In this document: piece after piece, positions 33,315-42,600 of the stretch | Layout: each line of letters starts with the position of its first letter | How positions within the stretch are numbered: position 1 is the first letter of the stretch | Source: a virus | Taxonomy: Duplodnaviria; Caudoviricetes | DNA length: 59,573 nt | IMG/VR virus record: IMGVR_UViG_3300026125_000003 | Span: 1-59,573 of that record | Strand: one strand, 5' to 3' | The notes under the pieces: model-generated | Seen by the model: only the letters and a program-made list of their open reading frames with translations | Databases searched by the model: none | What the model was told of the DNA's origin: nothing | Made by a program: the position numbers and the translations under genes

Positions 33315-35156
33315 ATGAGTAACTTAACCGACCTATCAAAGCTAGACTTCGATTCCATAAAAACTAAATTAAAGGAATTCATGGAGTCTCAGGACGAGTT
33401 CACCGATTACGATTTTGATGGTTCGGGCTTGTCAGTTATGCTAGACGTGCTTGCTTACAATACGCAATATAATGCTATGTTGGCGCACATCAACTTAAAC
33501 GAAACCTTTCTGGATACCGCAAAGGTTCGCTCGAGCGTTGTTTCTCACGCACAACAACTAGGCTACATTCCCAAGTCAAGAACTTCCTCAGAAATATCTG
33601 TTGACGTCCACATTCAGGGGAACGAATCTTCTAATAGCCCCTTGACAATTAAACGTGGGCAAAAGTTTAGTGGTAAAATAAACAACCAGACATATACTTT
33701 TATCACCCTAACGCCATATTCAGCGATAAAGGCGACCGATAATTCATTCAAGTTTTCCAACGTTAATTTATACGAAGGTGAATTGAAAAGTATAAGTTAT
33801 CGAATAGACGGTCTCAATAAGTTCGCGAAATACGAAATCCCTTCCGATAACGTAGATATGACGACTTTGAGTGTTAAAGTGTTCCCCAACCCAAACACTG
33901 AAGAATTCTCTAGTTACACATATTATGAAGATATAACTGAAATAGGTTCTGATTCGGAAGCTTTCTATTACAGAGAAAACTCATTCGGGCGTTATGAGGT
34001 ATATTTCGGCGATAATTTCTTAGGCGGTACACCTCCTTCTGGTGCTGTTGTTAAAATTGAATACGTAGATTGTAATGGTAAAGAAGCTAACAATATCCGA
34101 ACACTTTCAGCAAACGATTCAATAGACGGTGAAAGTTCAATCGTTGTATCTTTGTCAGAAGGGTTTACAAAAACTTTCAATGGCGCAGAACGCGAGAATA
34201 TTGACTCTATACGTTTCAACGCTCCTATAAAATATTCTTCCCAGAACCGAGCAGTTACAGCAGACGATTACCGTTCATTAGTTCTAAACCAGTTTGAGAA
34301 TATTCAAGACGTTGCTGTTTGGGGTGGAGAAGATAACGATCCGCCAGCTTACGGTAAAGTCTTTATTGCTCCAGCACTAAAGAACGAAGAGCGTGTCACT
34401 TCGGCGTTTATGAATTCAATCAAAAACTTTTTGAAGACCAAAAATATAGGCGCGATTACAACTGAAGTAGTTCCTGCTGAATACACCAACCTAGCTATTA
34501 CAGTTCAATACAAATATGATTTGAACAAAACTGTAAAAACCGCTGGCGAGTTAAAATCTATTGTATACGACACTATTGTCGCTCATAACGATAAGAACTT
34601 GAATAGATTTAATGGGGTTTTGCGTTCATCAAACCTACTATGCGATATTGACGATGCTGATCCAGGCATACTCAACTCAATAATTAAACTTAAAATGTTT
34701 AAATCGTTTAGACCAAACCCATTAAAAAATGAAGATTATATTATTACATTCTCCAACCCAATTTACGTTTCTTCTGAAGAAGAATCAACCTTGGAATCTT
34801 CTACTTTCTTCTATAACGGAGTTTTGTGTGCGCTAAAAGACGAACCATTGGTCGGGCAAGAGCCTCTGCGCAATATCTATATGGTAGACACCACCACTGG
34901 TTATAAGGTCACTGGCGCAACTTCCATAGGTACTGTCAACCCATCCAAAGGTACTGTTACATTAAATAATTTGAAATTTGATTTGTCGAACGAAATAACA
35001 TTAACAGTCAAGCCAGATTCTTTTGATATCGCCCCTAAATATAAACAGCTAATTCGTATCGTTCCGGCTGAAATAGTTGTCGAAGGTGAATCTGATTCAG
35101 TATCTATCCTCGGCTCAACAGGCTTGTCGGGTTACACTACATTCTCGAGACATTAA
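33315..35156 (+). CDS. gp6: baseplate wedge subunit
   Basis: LDFDSIK..LK..EFTDYDFDGSGLS..LDVLAYNT, FGD..LG, QNRAVTADDY, WGGEDN.PP.YGKVFI. Confidence 0.93.
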   Translation: MSNLTDLSKLDFDSIKTKLKEFMESQDEFTDYDFDGSGLSVMLDVLAYNTQYNAMLAHINLNETFLDTAKVRSSVVSHAQQLGYIPKSRTSSEISVDVHIQGNESSNSPLTIKRGQKFSGKINNQTYTFITLTPYSAIKATDNSFKFSNVNLYEGELKSISYRIDGLNKFAKYEIPSDNVDMTTLSVKVFPNPNTEEFSSYTYYEDITEIGSDSEAFYYRENSFGRYEVYFGDNFLGGTPPSGAVVKIEYVDCNGKEANNIRTLSANDSIDGESSIVVSLSEGFTKTFNGAERENIDSIRFNAPIKYSSQNRAVTADDYRSLVLNQFENIQDVAVWGGEDNDPPAYGKVFIAPALKNEERVTSAFMNSIKNFLKTKNIGAITTEVVPAEYTNLAITVQYKYDLNKTVKTAGELKSIVYDTIVAHNDKNLNRFNGVLRSSNLLCDIDDADPGILNSIIKLKMFKSFRPNPLKNEDYIITFSNPIYVSSEEESTLESSTFFYNGVLCALKDEPLVGQEPLRNIYMVDTTTGYKVTGATSIGTVNPSKGTVTLNNLKFDLSNEITLTVKPDSFDIAPKYKQLIRIVPAEIVVEGESDSVSILGSTGLSGYTTFSRH

Positions 35157-35158
35157 TA

Positions 35159-38100
35159 ATGGCGAATAAAGAACAAAACCGAGTACCCTCAGTCATACCT
35201 GAAGACCTTGTCAATGTTGGCGGGTCTTTCGTTGAATTCATTAAGAAATATTATGAGTTCTTGAATCAAGATGGAATGCCTTCTGACATAATCAACTCCC
35301 CTTCTATACAGAGGGATTTGACGGATGCCGCTGACAATTTCTTAGATACGGTTCACGGAGAATTTGGTTTTGGATATCCGATCAACAAAGATTCTGATCG
35401 TGTAAATATTATTCAAAATATGTCTCGCATTTACGCGACGAAAGGTTCTCTAGATTCAGTCAAAATGCTTTTCCGAATTATGTTCGGAGAAGAAGTTGAA
35501 ATTACCCTACCAAAAGATTACATCCTAAAACCTTCTTCTGGTACATGGCTCAGCGAATATTCAATTATGGCTGACCTAGCCAGCGGAGACCCTTATGAGT
35601 TAATCGGTAAATTCGCTGAAGTTGAAACTAACTTTCCTGGTTCGCCTCCACAGACTTTTGAGGTTGAGGTAAACCGTGTTGTAAACAAAGGCAACAATAC
35701 TTACCAAATATTTTTCAACCGCTCGTTCGTCGGTTTCTTTTATAATGGGAGTATCATCCGTCTCGGCGATGTTAAATTAATCCATAAACCTTCATTGAGT
35801 AAAATCCTTTCCATTCAAGATGGGGGTTCAGGTTTCAGGGTTGGTGAAACGTTTGATGTAGTTTCTTACGAACGTGATAATGCGTACAATGACGTTCTTG
35901 GTATCCCTGACATTTACTTGCGAGAGAAAATAACCAGGAGATCTCGTTGGGGCAGACGTTCGCGCACGTACTATCGCCTAATCCCTGTTGAATATACAAG
36001 AGATATAACAAACGAAAGTGTTGATATTGACGTTCGTTCTGACGGTACGTTGACTGAACAGATTCAGATTGAAACTCGTTTGGGTACGGTTGAAGTCACT
36101 AACATCATTCGCGGTAATGATAAAACCGTTCGTGTAAAATACCCTAATGGTACAGTCACTGAAGTTAATGAAGAGTTGTCTGGATACTTCAGTTACGTCA
36201 AAGTTTTGGACGGAGGTACTGGCTATACAGTTCCGCCTGAAATTTCTATAACTGGTGGCGGGAATATAACCACGCCAGCTGAACTTGATTATACGCTTAA
36301 AGACGGTTCGTTGGATGAAGTTTTCATAGATAACGCTGGCGCAGGTTATAACGATTACCCAGAAGTCACAATAGATGCCCCGTATACAGCTGGCGCTACT
36401 GCCAATTCTTTTATCACGGGCGACGCTGTTACTAGTATTGCTGTTGTTGATGGCGGTTTCGGTTACAAATACCCACCTAATGTGAATATCACAGGGGACG
36501 GCATAGGCGCTCGCGCAGAGGCTGTAATTAACTCTAGAGGCGTTGTGACGGCAATTAACGTAACTGACGGTGGTAGTGGTTACAGTTCTGCTCCGACTGT
36601 TACAATGGCTCTGCCGACCGATCAACATAACGCTATCCTAGAGCCTGTTATTGTTGATGGTGAAATCACCAGCGTTGATATTGTATATCCAGGTTACAAT
36701 TATGACCTTAACAATAGAAGAAGCTATCGTGTCACATTCGTCAGAACTAGCGCTGTTACAGGTACAGTCGATGATGGCGTAACTGCTTCCGCTAAGGTGG
36801 AGTTCGACCTAAACGGCAGCGTGACCGCTGTGGTGATGGACACGTTCGGTACAAACTACGCTTCTGCGACCGCAGGCGTTTATATACCAGCACAAAACGT
36901 GTCAGGTGGCGTTCGAGCAACTGCTACATTAAACGTTGACCATTCTACTGGTGGTATTGCTTCATTATCTTCTATATCTACTGGATACGGGTACGAAGGC
37001 GTAGATGCTATTGAATCGGGTTCTGGTACTCCAACCCGAAGAGCTTCTTACAGTGTTGAAATTACTGGCGGTGTAATAAGCGCAGTTGAAGTTGATGAAG
37101 CTGGTTCTGGATATCTATACCCTGAATTGACAGTAGAAGATTCTGGCGCTAACCCAGGATCGGGTGCTAGAATATACCCAATCTACAAAAACGGTGGGTT
37201 AGATGAAATAATTGTATTAAATGGTGGTACAGGTTATAATGTAGGAAACACTGGCATTGCTGACATCCCAGGATTCACTGTTCAACCTTCACTATTCTTC
37301 AGTTACGATTCTAATGGAACAATCACAAACGTTGAGGTGACTGATCCAGGTTCTGGTTTAGACACCCCTTCTATTTCATTATATGATGGCGCAAGCACGC
37401 CTTTAGTAACAGCAGTCGTTTATCCTCGAGTTTATCTAGGCAGTATTCTCGATGTTGAAATTTCATCTGGAGGTTCAGGTTATTCATGCCCAGAAGCTGT
37501 TGTTTCAGGGTTCACAACCGACCCCGCTTTATTAGATGTAGTCACACTAAACGGATATGTAACAGACGTTGTTATTTCAGATCCTGGGAGCCTATACACC
37601 CCAGTAATAACACTAATCTCCGCAAATAAAGTCACAGGGACTGATGCTGTAATAGTTCCAGAAACTTCAGGCGGTTCCCTCGTTGGCACTACCATCGTTG
37701 AGCGCGGAACCAATTACTCCCCTAGAGCGGTAATTAGCGTTGGCGGAAATGTTGAAATAAACGAAGTTGCTTCAATCTACCCTGTCGTTTCTTCGGTCGA
37801 CTCTTCAATAGAATCTGTTGAGGTTGTTGTACGAGGTCAAGGTTACGACCCAGTTCGAACAACTGTGACTATCGAATCCGACCAAGGTGACGGTGCTGTA
37901 ATTCAAGCTATCGTTGTTCCTGAAGGTGGCTCTGTAACCCCTAACTTGGATATCAACTGGGATGCTATTGCAGACGCCTTAACAAGTTTGGCTAATTTTG
38001 ACCCAACTGGCGAAGGAATAGTTGACACAGGGTTTGCGAACGAATTTGCGGTATTCTTAGGAAGCTTAGATACATCGGTAGAACCTCCACGTAGATACGG

Positions 38101-40357
38101 TGACTTGAATAATAGTGGTAGTGTCAGTTCTTCCGATGCGCTTGCCGCCCTCAAAGCATTAGTTGGGCTAACAGTTACTGCGGAAGTTGCGACCAACGTA
38201 GCAAAAATACAGGCTGTGTATCCTAATGTCGGAGAGTTGTCTCTGGCATTGAGCATCCTTCGACTTGCGGTAGGTCTAGATGACGATACACCGCCAGAAC
38301 AAATAGTCAACGACTGGGTTACTGGAATTCCGGAAGGCGGTGTTTATCAACGTGCTGATATAAGTCAAAGCGGAAATATTGATGCCGACGACCTACAGAA
38401 GCTCGCATATTACGCTTATTATGAATACGATCAAGCAGGCGTACACACGTTTGATGGGTTCTACTCTCAAGCAGATAAAGATAATATTGAAACGTTTTTG
38501 TTAGCTGAAGGTGGACCATTCCAAGATTACTTAAACGTGACTGAAGTAGAGTTCACTAACTTAGTTCTTGCTTCACTCCCAGACTTTGAAGATACTTCTT
38601 CTGAAAAACTGAAATCGTTCCTACTACAAGAAGACGTGGACTTCCCAGGTTTCTGTCGAGGCGACATAAACAACGATGGATTTATCGGCACAGACGATAT
38701 GATTCTGTTGATGCGTCGAGCTTCAGGTTTAGAAGTTGAGCCTCAACAATTACGTTGGATCGACGAGACCATTGCCGAACCACTTATCGGTTCGATATGG
38801 AACCCATTGCTACAACAAGGTAATGGTAGCGGAGCGAAAGCTGTTGTCCGTTCAGTCGATGTTAATGGAGCAATAACTAGCCTAGATTTCAACTCTTTTG
38901 GTTGGGATTATCCCGAAACGTTTTCTTCAAGCGTTTCGCCTAAATTACTATCGGGCACCCCAGCAACAATAGCGTACAGTAATGATATTGTAGGTATAAC
39001 GAACCCAGCTTACGTTGACCGACAAGGTTTCTTGTCAGATATAGTAAAAATTCATGATAATTTCTATTACCAAGACTATTCTTATGTAATTGATACTTCG
39101 GTCGACTTTACTGACTTTGAAGATATTGTTCTTCGTTCAGTTCATCCGGCTGGTATGAAAGTGTTTGGTCAACAAAGCATAAACGAAAGCATTGACGTTG
39201 AAGTTGGTGTCGACGAGGCTTTGGCTTTCCATTACAACCTGTTGTTCACATACTCCAACCCACTAGAATTGCCTTTAGTTGATGGCGTCGATAGCTACGG
39301 TGAAGCAGTATTCTTTGACGATAACAATGACGATGAAACCTTTGCTATCTACAAAGATTTAACCCACACATATAATCGTGGGGACAACGTAGACAATATA
39401 GTTCAAGACGAAACTTGGTACTTCACCAAAGACCTCACTAAAGATTCCGGTCGCGGTGATAATGTAGACGACATAGTTCAAGACGAAACTTGGTACTTCA
39501 CGAAAGACCTGACCAAAGAATCTGGGCGTGGCGATAATGTAGATGATATCGTTCAAGACGAAACTTGGTACTTCACCAAAGACCTTACACAAGACACTGG
39601 GCGTGGTGACGAAGTAGATAACCCTGTCGACGACGATACATTAATTATCCTTAAGGACTTATCGGAGGCTTCTGGTCGAGGCGACCGTATAGCACCAGAA
39701 AGAGTTGTTCAAGACGAAACTTGGGAATTTGAGAAAGACCTTACTGAGGCAACCAACAGGGGCGACCGTATTGCCCCAGAAAGAGTTGTTCAAGACGAAA
39801 CTTGGGAATTTGAGAAAGAACTTACTCAAGCTACTGGTCGAGGAGACGAAGTAGATAATCCAGTACAAGAAGATTACTGGAGTATGGGTAAAGCCCTTGT
39901 TGACCCAGCTGTCCTAGTTCGTGTGGAAACTCAAACTAATTTCATAACATTCGGATTGAACCCAAGCGCCAATAGGGATTCAAAGGCTGTTACAGGTTCT
40001 GTTCTTGGGAAAGACTTCATATTTGCTGAAGATAAATCAGAATTTATAGATACAATTGATAATAGCAGGTTTGACGATGTCATTGCCTTCTATAGAACTA
40101 AACTTCTTGGTCCAGAATTAATAGATCCTACAAGATTCGTTGATAATGGAACATACAATTTTGTAAATAAACCGCTCGTTTCATCTACTTCAATCCCTGG
40201 AAGTGTTGCTGAAATGAGTATAAATAAACCATATAGCAGTCCAGCTGTTACGGCAGGAAGTTCTGTCGCTGGCACTAACTCTAGCCCCTATATACAATCA
40301 GGCGGATCGTATTTCGAAGATGTATTTGATTACGCGACCGACTACCAAAACTTTTAA
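35159..40357 (+). CDS. gp7: baseplate wedge initiator gp7-like protein, greatly expanded with repeats
   Basis: F++F++KYYEFL, Y.TKGS..S..MLFR..FGE, LKPSSG.W; IHDNFYYQDYSYVI..VHPAGMKVFG; GGSGY repeats; between gp6 and gp8. Confidence 0.8.
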   Translation: MANKEQNRVPSVIPEDLVNVGGSFVEFIKKYYEFLNQDGMPSDIINSPSIQRDLTDAADNFLDTVHGEFGFGYPINKDSDRVNIIQNMSRIYATKGSLDSVKMLFRIMFGEEVEITLPKDYILKPSSGTWLSEYSIMADLASGDPYELIGKFAEVETNFPGSPPQTFEVEVNRVVNKGNNTYQIFFNRSFVGFFYNGSIIRLGDVKLIHKPSLSKILSIQDGGSGFRVGETFDVVSYERDNAYNDVLGIPDIYLREKITRRSRWGRRSRTYYRLIPVEYTRDITNESVDIDVRSDGTLTEQIQIETRLGTVEVTNIIRGNDKTVRVKYPNGTVTEVNEELSGYFSYVKVLDGGTGYTVPPEISITGGGNITTPAELDYTLKDGSLDEVFIDNAGAGYNDYPEVTIDAPYTAGATANSFITGDAVTSIAVVDGGFGYKYPPNVNITGDGIGARAEAVINSRGVVTAINVTDGGSGYSSAPTVTMALPTDQHNAILEPVIVDGEITSVDIVYPGYNYDLNNRRSYRVTFVRTSAVTGTVDDGVTASAKVEFDLNGSVTAVVMDTFGTNYASATAGVYIPAQNVSGGVRATATLNVDHSTGGIASLSSISTGYGYEGVDAIESGSGTPTRRASYSVEITGGVISAVEVDEAGSGYLYPELTVEDSGANPGSGARIYPIYKNGGLDEIIVLNGGTGYNVGNTGIADIPGFTVQPSLFFSYDSNGTITNVEVTDPGSGLDTPSISLYDGASTPLVTAVVYPRVYLGSILDVEISSGGSGYSCPEAVVSGFTTDPALLDVVTLNGYVTDVVISDPGSLYTPVITLISANKVTGTDAVIVPETSGGSLVGTTIVERGTNYSPRAVISVGGNVEINEVASIYPVVSSVDSSIESVEVVVRGQGYDPVRTTVTIESDQGDGAVIQAIVVPEGGSVTPNLDINWDAIADALTSLANFDPTGEGIVDTGFANEFAVFLGSLDTSVEPPRRYGDLNNSGSVSSSDALAALKALVGLTVTAEVATNVAKIQAVYPNVGELSLALSILRLAVGLDDDTPPEQIVNDWVTGIPEGGVYQRADISQSGNIDADDLQKLAYYAYYEYDQAGVHTFDGFYSQADKDNIETFLLAEGGPFQDYLNVTEVEFTNLVLASLPDFEDTSSEKLKSFLLQEDVDFPGFCRGDINNDGFIGTDDMILLMRRASGLEVEPQQLRWIDETIAEPLIGSIWNPLLQQGNGSGAKAVVRSVDVNGAITSLDFNSFGWDYPETFSSSVSPKLLSGTPATIAYSNDIVGITNPAYVDRQGFLSDIVKIHDNFYYQDYSYVIDTSVDFTDFEDIVLRSVHPAGMKVFGQQSINESIDVEVGVDEALAFHYNLLFTYSNPLELPLVDGVDSYGEAVFFDDNNDDETFAIYKDLTHTYNRGDNVDNIVQDETWYFTKDLTKDSGRGDNVDDIVQDETWYFTKDLTKESGRGDNVDDIVQDETWYFTKDLTQDTGRGDEVDNPVDDDTLIILKDLSEASGRGDRIAPERVVQDETWEFEKDLTEATNRGDRIAPERVVQDETWEFEKELTQATGRGDEVDNPVQEDYWSMGKALVDPAVLVRVETQTNFITFGLNPSANRDSKAVTGSVLGKDFIFAEDKSEFIDTIDNSRFDDVIAFYRTKLLGPELIDPTRFVDNGTYNFVNKPLVSSTSIPGSVAEMSINKPYSSPAVTAGSSVAGTNSSPYIQSGGSYFEDVFDYATDYQNF
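39330..39880 (+). repeat. tandem 75-81 bp coding repeats (KDLTxxxGRGDxVDxxVQDETWxF)
   Basis: GTTCAAGACGAAACTTGG recurs at 39401, 39476, 39551 and later; seven RGD-containing units. Confidence 0.9.
40219..40226 (+). promoter_or_regulatory. late promoter TATAAATA
   Basis: Exact consensus within the gp7 3' end. Confidence 0.5.
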
Positions 40358-40375
40358 AACCGGAGTAATTCTTAA

Positions 40376-40870
40376 ATGAAAAAAGCAGAATTCGTAAGTG
40401 CTAATGGTAAACTTTCTATTAGCAAAACCAGTGGACGTACTGGCGAAACTGAAGTTGTTTACACAGAGAACCTTGTCGTTGATATAGGTCTTAAATGGAT
40501 CGCTGCGCGCATGACCACTGGTCTATCTTCTGCGGCAGATATCACAGCAATGGGGGTGGGGACAAGCGACGTTGAAGCAGCAAAAGGTCAGCAAAAACTT
40601 ATCGCTGAAGTTCACCGCAACTCTCTACAGTCACCTGTATCACTAACTGTCGACGATGACTTCACCATCATCGCTTCAGCACTTTTTGGTGTTGATGAAG
40701 CAAATGCTGCCCTAACAGAAGCTGGTCTATTTACTAGCACTACAGATAACGCTGGTGGCGCAACTGTAGATAACTGTATGGTTTGTCGTACTACTTTCCC
40801 TGTAGTAACTAAAGAGCAAGGCGATACTATCACTATCACTTGGACTATCCAGATTACTCCAAACCCATAA
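40376..40870 (+). CDS. virion structural protein (paralog of 55536..56021)
   Basis: NLVV..G..WIAARM, MGVGT, EAGLF, CRTTF..V.K..GDT..ITWT. Confidence 0.7.
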   Translation: MKKAEFVSANGKLSISKTSGRTGETEVVYTENLVVDIGLKWIAARMTTGLSSAADITAMGVGTSDVEAAKGQQKLIAEVHRNSLQSPVSLTVDDDFTIIASALFGVDEANAALTEAGLFTSTTDNAGGATVDNCMVCRTTFPVVTKEQGDTITITWTIQITPNP

Positions 40871-40891
40871 TTTAGATTGGAGTAAATAGTC

Positions 40892-42577
40892 ATGCCAACG
40901 GTACTAAAGAATGATATACATGCTAATATAGCATCTATCGTCTACGAAGGTATTCGAACAAACACGACTAGGGCTTTCTTCTTCCTGGGGCGTCCTTTGC
41001 CCTGGGAAGGGGATGGCGATCAACTAGCCCCCATACCAACAGCAGACCGAAAGTTTGAGTATGAAACACGTCAAGGTATAATTGGCATGCGTCCAATTAC
41101 ATCTACTGACGTCTCATTCGTTATCCCAAGGGAAGATTGGAAATCCGGTACAATATACGATATGTATGATACCAGATACTCGGCATCATTCCCAGCACCT
41201 TCTTTAGCCGAAGATATCGCTGACGCTAAAATGTTTGTTGTTACTGACGAATATAACATTTACAAATGTATATCAAACAACTACGGCAAACCATCGACTG
41301 TCAAACCTACAGGTACTGATACAGACTATATTGGTCCGTTTGAAGACGGGTACATTTGGAAGTACATGGCGACTATAGGTCTAATCCCTAGATCTAAATT
41401 CGCAACCTCAGAATATATTCCAGTAGAAAAAGCCGTTGCTGGTCGCTACCTAACTCAAAGGATTGAATTGGGCAGTTTTACTGGAGGTCAAGGATATCAG
41501 TCTGAACACACATATGTGACAGTTAGCGGTAATGCTGGAGCCTTCGGCGCTGAGATCTCTCTCACTATCGACGAATCTAACGGTCCTGGGGATCCAGGTA
41601 CTATAACAGCAGTAACAATTCTAAATCCTGGTGAAAACTATACTTCGGCAACAGCGAATATAAACCAAGACGAGGGGTTTGTCACTGGTACTGGCGGTAG
41701 CATAACGCTTGACCTCAATGAAGGTGATGTGACTAGCACTCAGGCTGGTGTTGAATTAGGTGCTGTTGATGGTGACATCAGTTTTGTTTACGTCAACGAT
41801 GGTGGTTCAGGTTATTCAAACCAAACAACCCTAACAATTGTAGGAAACGGTGTTAATGGTGCTTGTACCCCAGTTATAGACCCTGAAACTGGGACTATAA
41901 CTTCAGTGACAATCACCGATCATGGCGAAAAATACACTCAAGCGGAAGTTCAAATATATGACCCTCTTGGCACTGGATCTGGCGCTTCAATAGACGTTAT
42001 TATATCTCCGGTTGGCGGACATGGTCGAAACATCATAGAAGAGTCTTACGCATCAATACTTGGCTTCCAGGTTAGTACTGAAAACGACAGCAACCAAGGC
42101 GTTGCTTTGAGGAACGATTACCGTCAAAGCGGGTTGATATTTTATCCAAGGAAATATGTAGTTGCTGACGAGACGCAATTACCTGTTTATTCTGAAGGTT
42201 CTTGTTGTTTCCTACTTAACGTAGAAAGTCAATCACTATCAAAACAAGATTTTGAGCTTGATGAAATTCTATACGAATCCGCTACAAGAACGCCTTATAA
42301 CATTGTTGCGGTTGAAGACCTTAAGGATGGATCTTCAAATGTTATTGGTGTTAAATTACTTGTACAACAAGCTGATGATATTCCACCGGAAGCTGGAGAC
42401 GTCCTATTGAGGGACGACCTAACCACAATCGCTGTCACCGTTGGTTCTAATGAGGGTGATATTGTATACCCTCAGATTGATAAATTTTCAGGTTCGATGG
42501 TGTTTATAAATAACCGTACACCGTTCCGTAAAAGTGCGGCACAGATTGTAAACTTGAGAACATTCATCAAATTCTAA
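40892..42577 (+). CDS. gp8: baseplate wedge subunit (gp8-like)
   Basis: FLGRPLPW, VIPR.DW.SGT.YDMY, YKCISNN..STVKPT, DGYIWKYM, N.YRQ.GLI, SG....INNR. Confidence 0.88.
   Translation: MPTVLKNDIHANIASIVYEGIRTNTTRAFFFLGRPLPWEGDGDQLAPIPTADRKFEYETRQGIIGMRPITSTDVSFVIPREDWKSGTIYDMYDTRYSASFPAPSLAEDIADAKMFVVTDEYNIYKCISNNYGKPSTVKPTGTDTDYIGPFEDGYIWKYMATIGLIPRSKFATSEYIPVEKAVAGRYLTQRIELGSFTGGQGYQSEHTYVTVSGNAGAFGAEISLTIDESNGPGDPGTITAVTILNPGENYTSATANINQDEGFVTGTGGSITLDLNEGDVTSTQAGVELGAVDGDISFVYVNDGGSGYSNQTTLTIVGNGVNGACTPVIDPETGTITSVTITDHGEKYTQAEVQIYDPLGTGSGASIDVIISPVGGHGRNIIEESYASILGFQVSTENDSNQGVALRNDYRQSGLIFYPRKYVVADETQLPVYSEGSCCFLLNVESQSLSKQDFELDEILYESATRTPYNIVAVEDLKDGSSNVIGVKLLVQQADDIPPEAGDVLLRDDLTTIAVTVGSNEGDIVYPQIDKFSGSMVFINNRTPFRKSAAQIVNLRTFIKF
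42505..42512 (+). promoter_or_regulatory. late promoter TATAAATA
   Basis: Exact consensus about 90 nt upstream of the VrlC-like gene. Confidence 0.6.
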
Positions 42578-42600
42578 GATGAGCATTGGAGAAAATGTAG

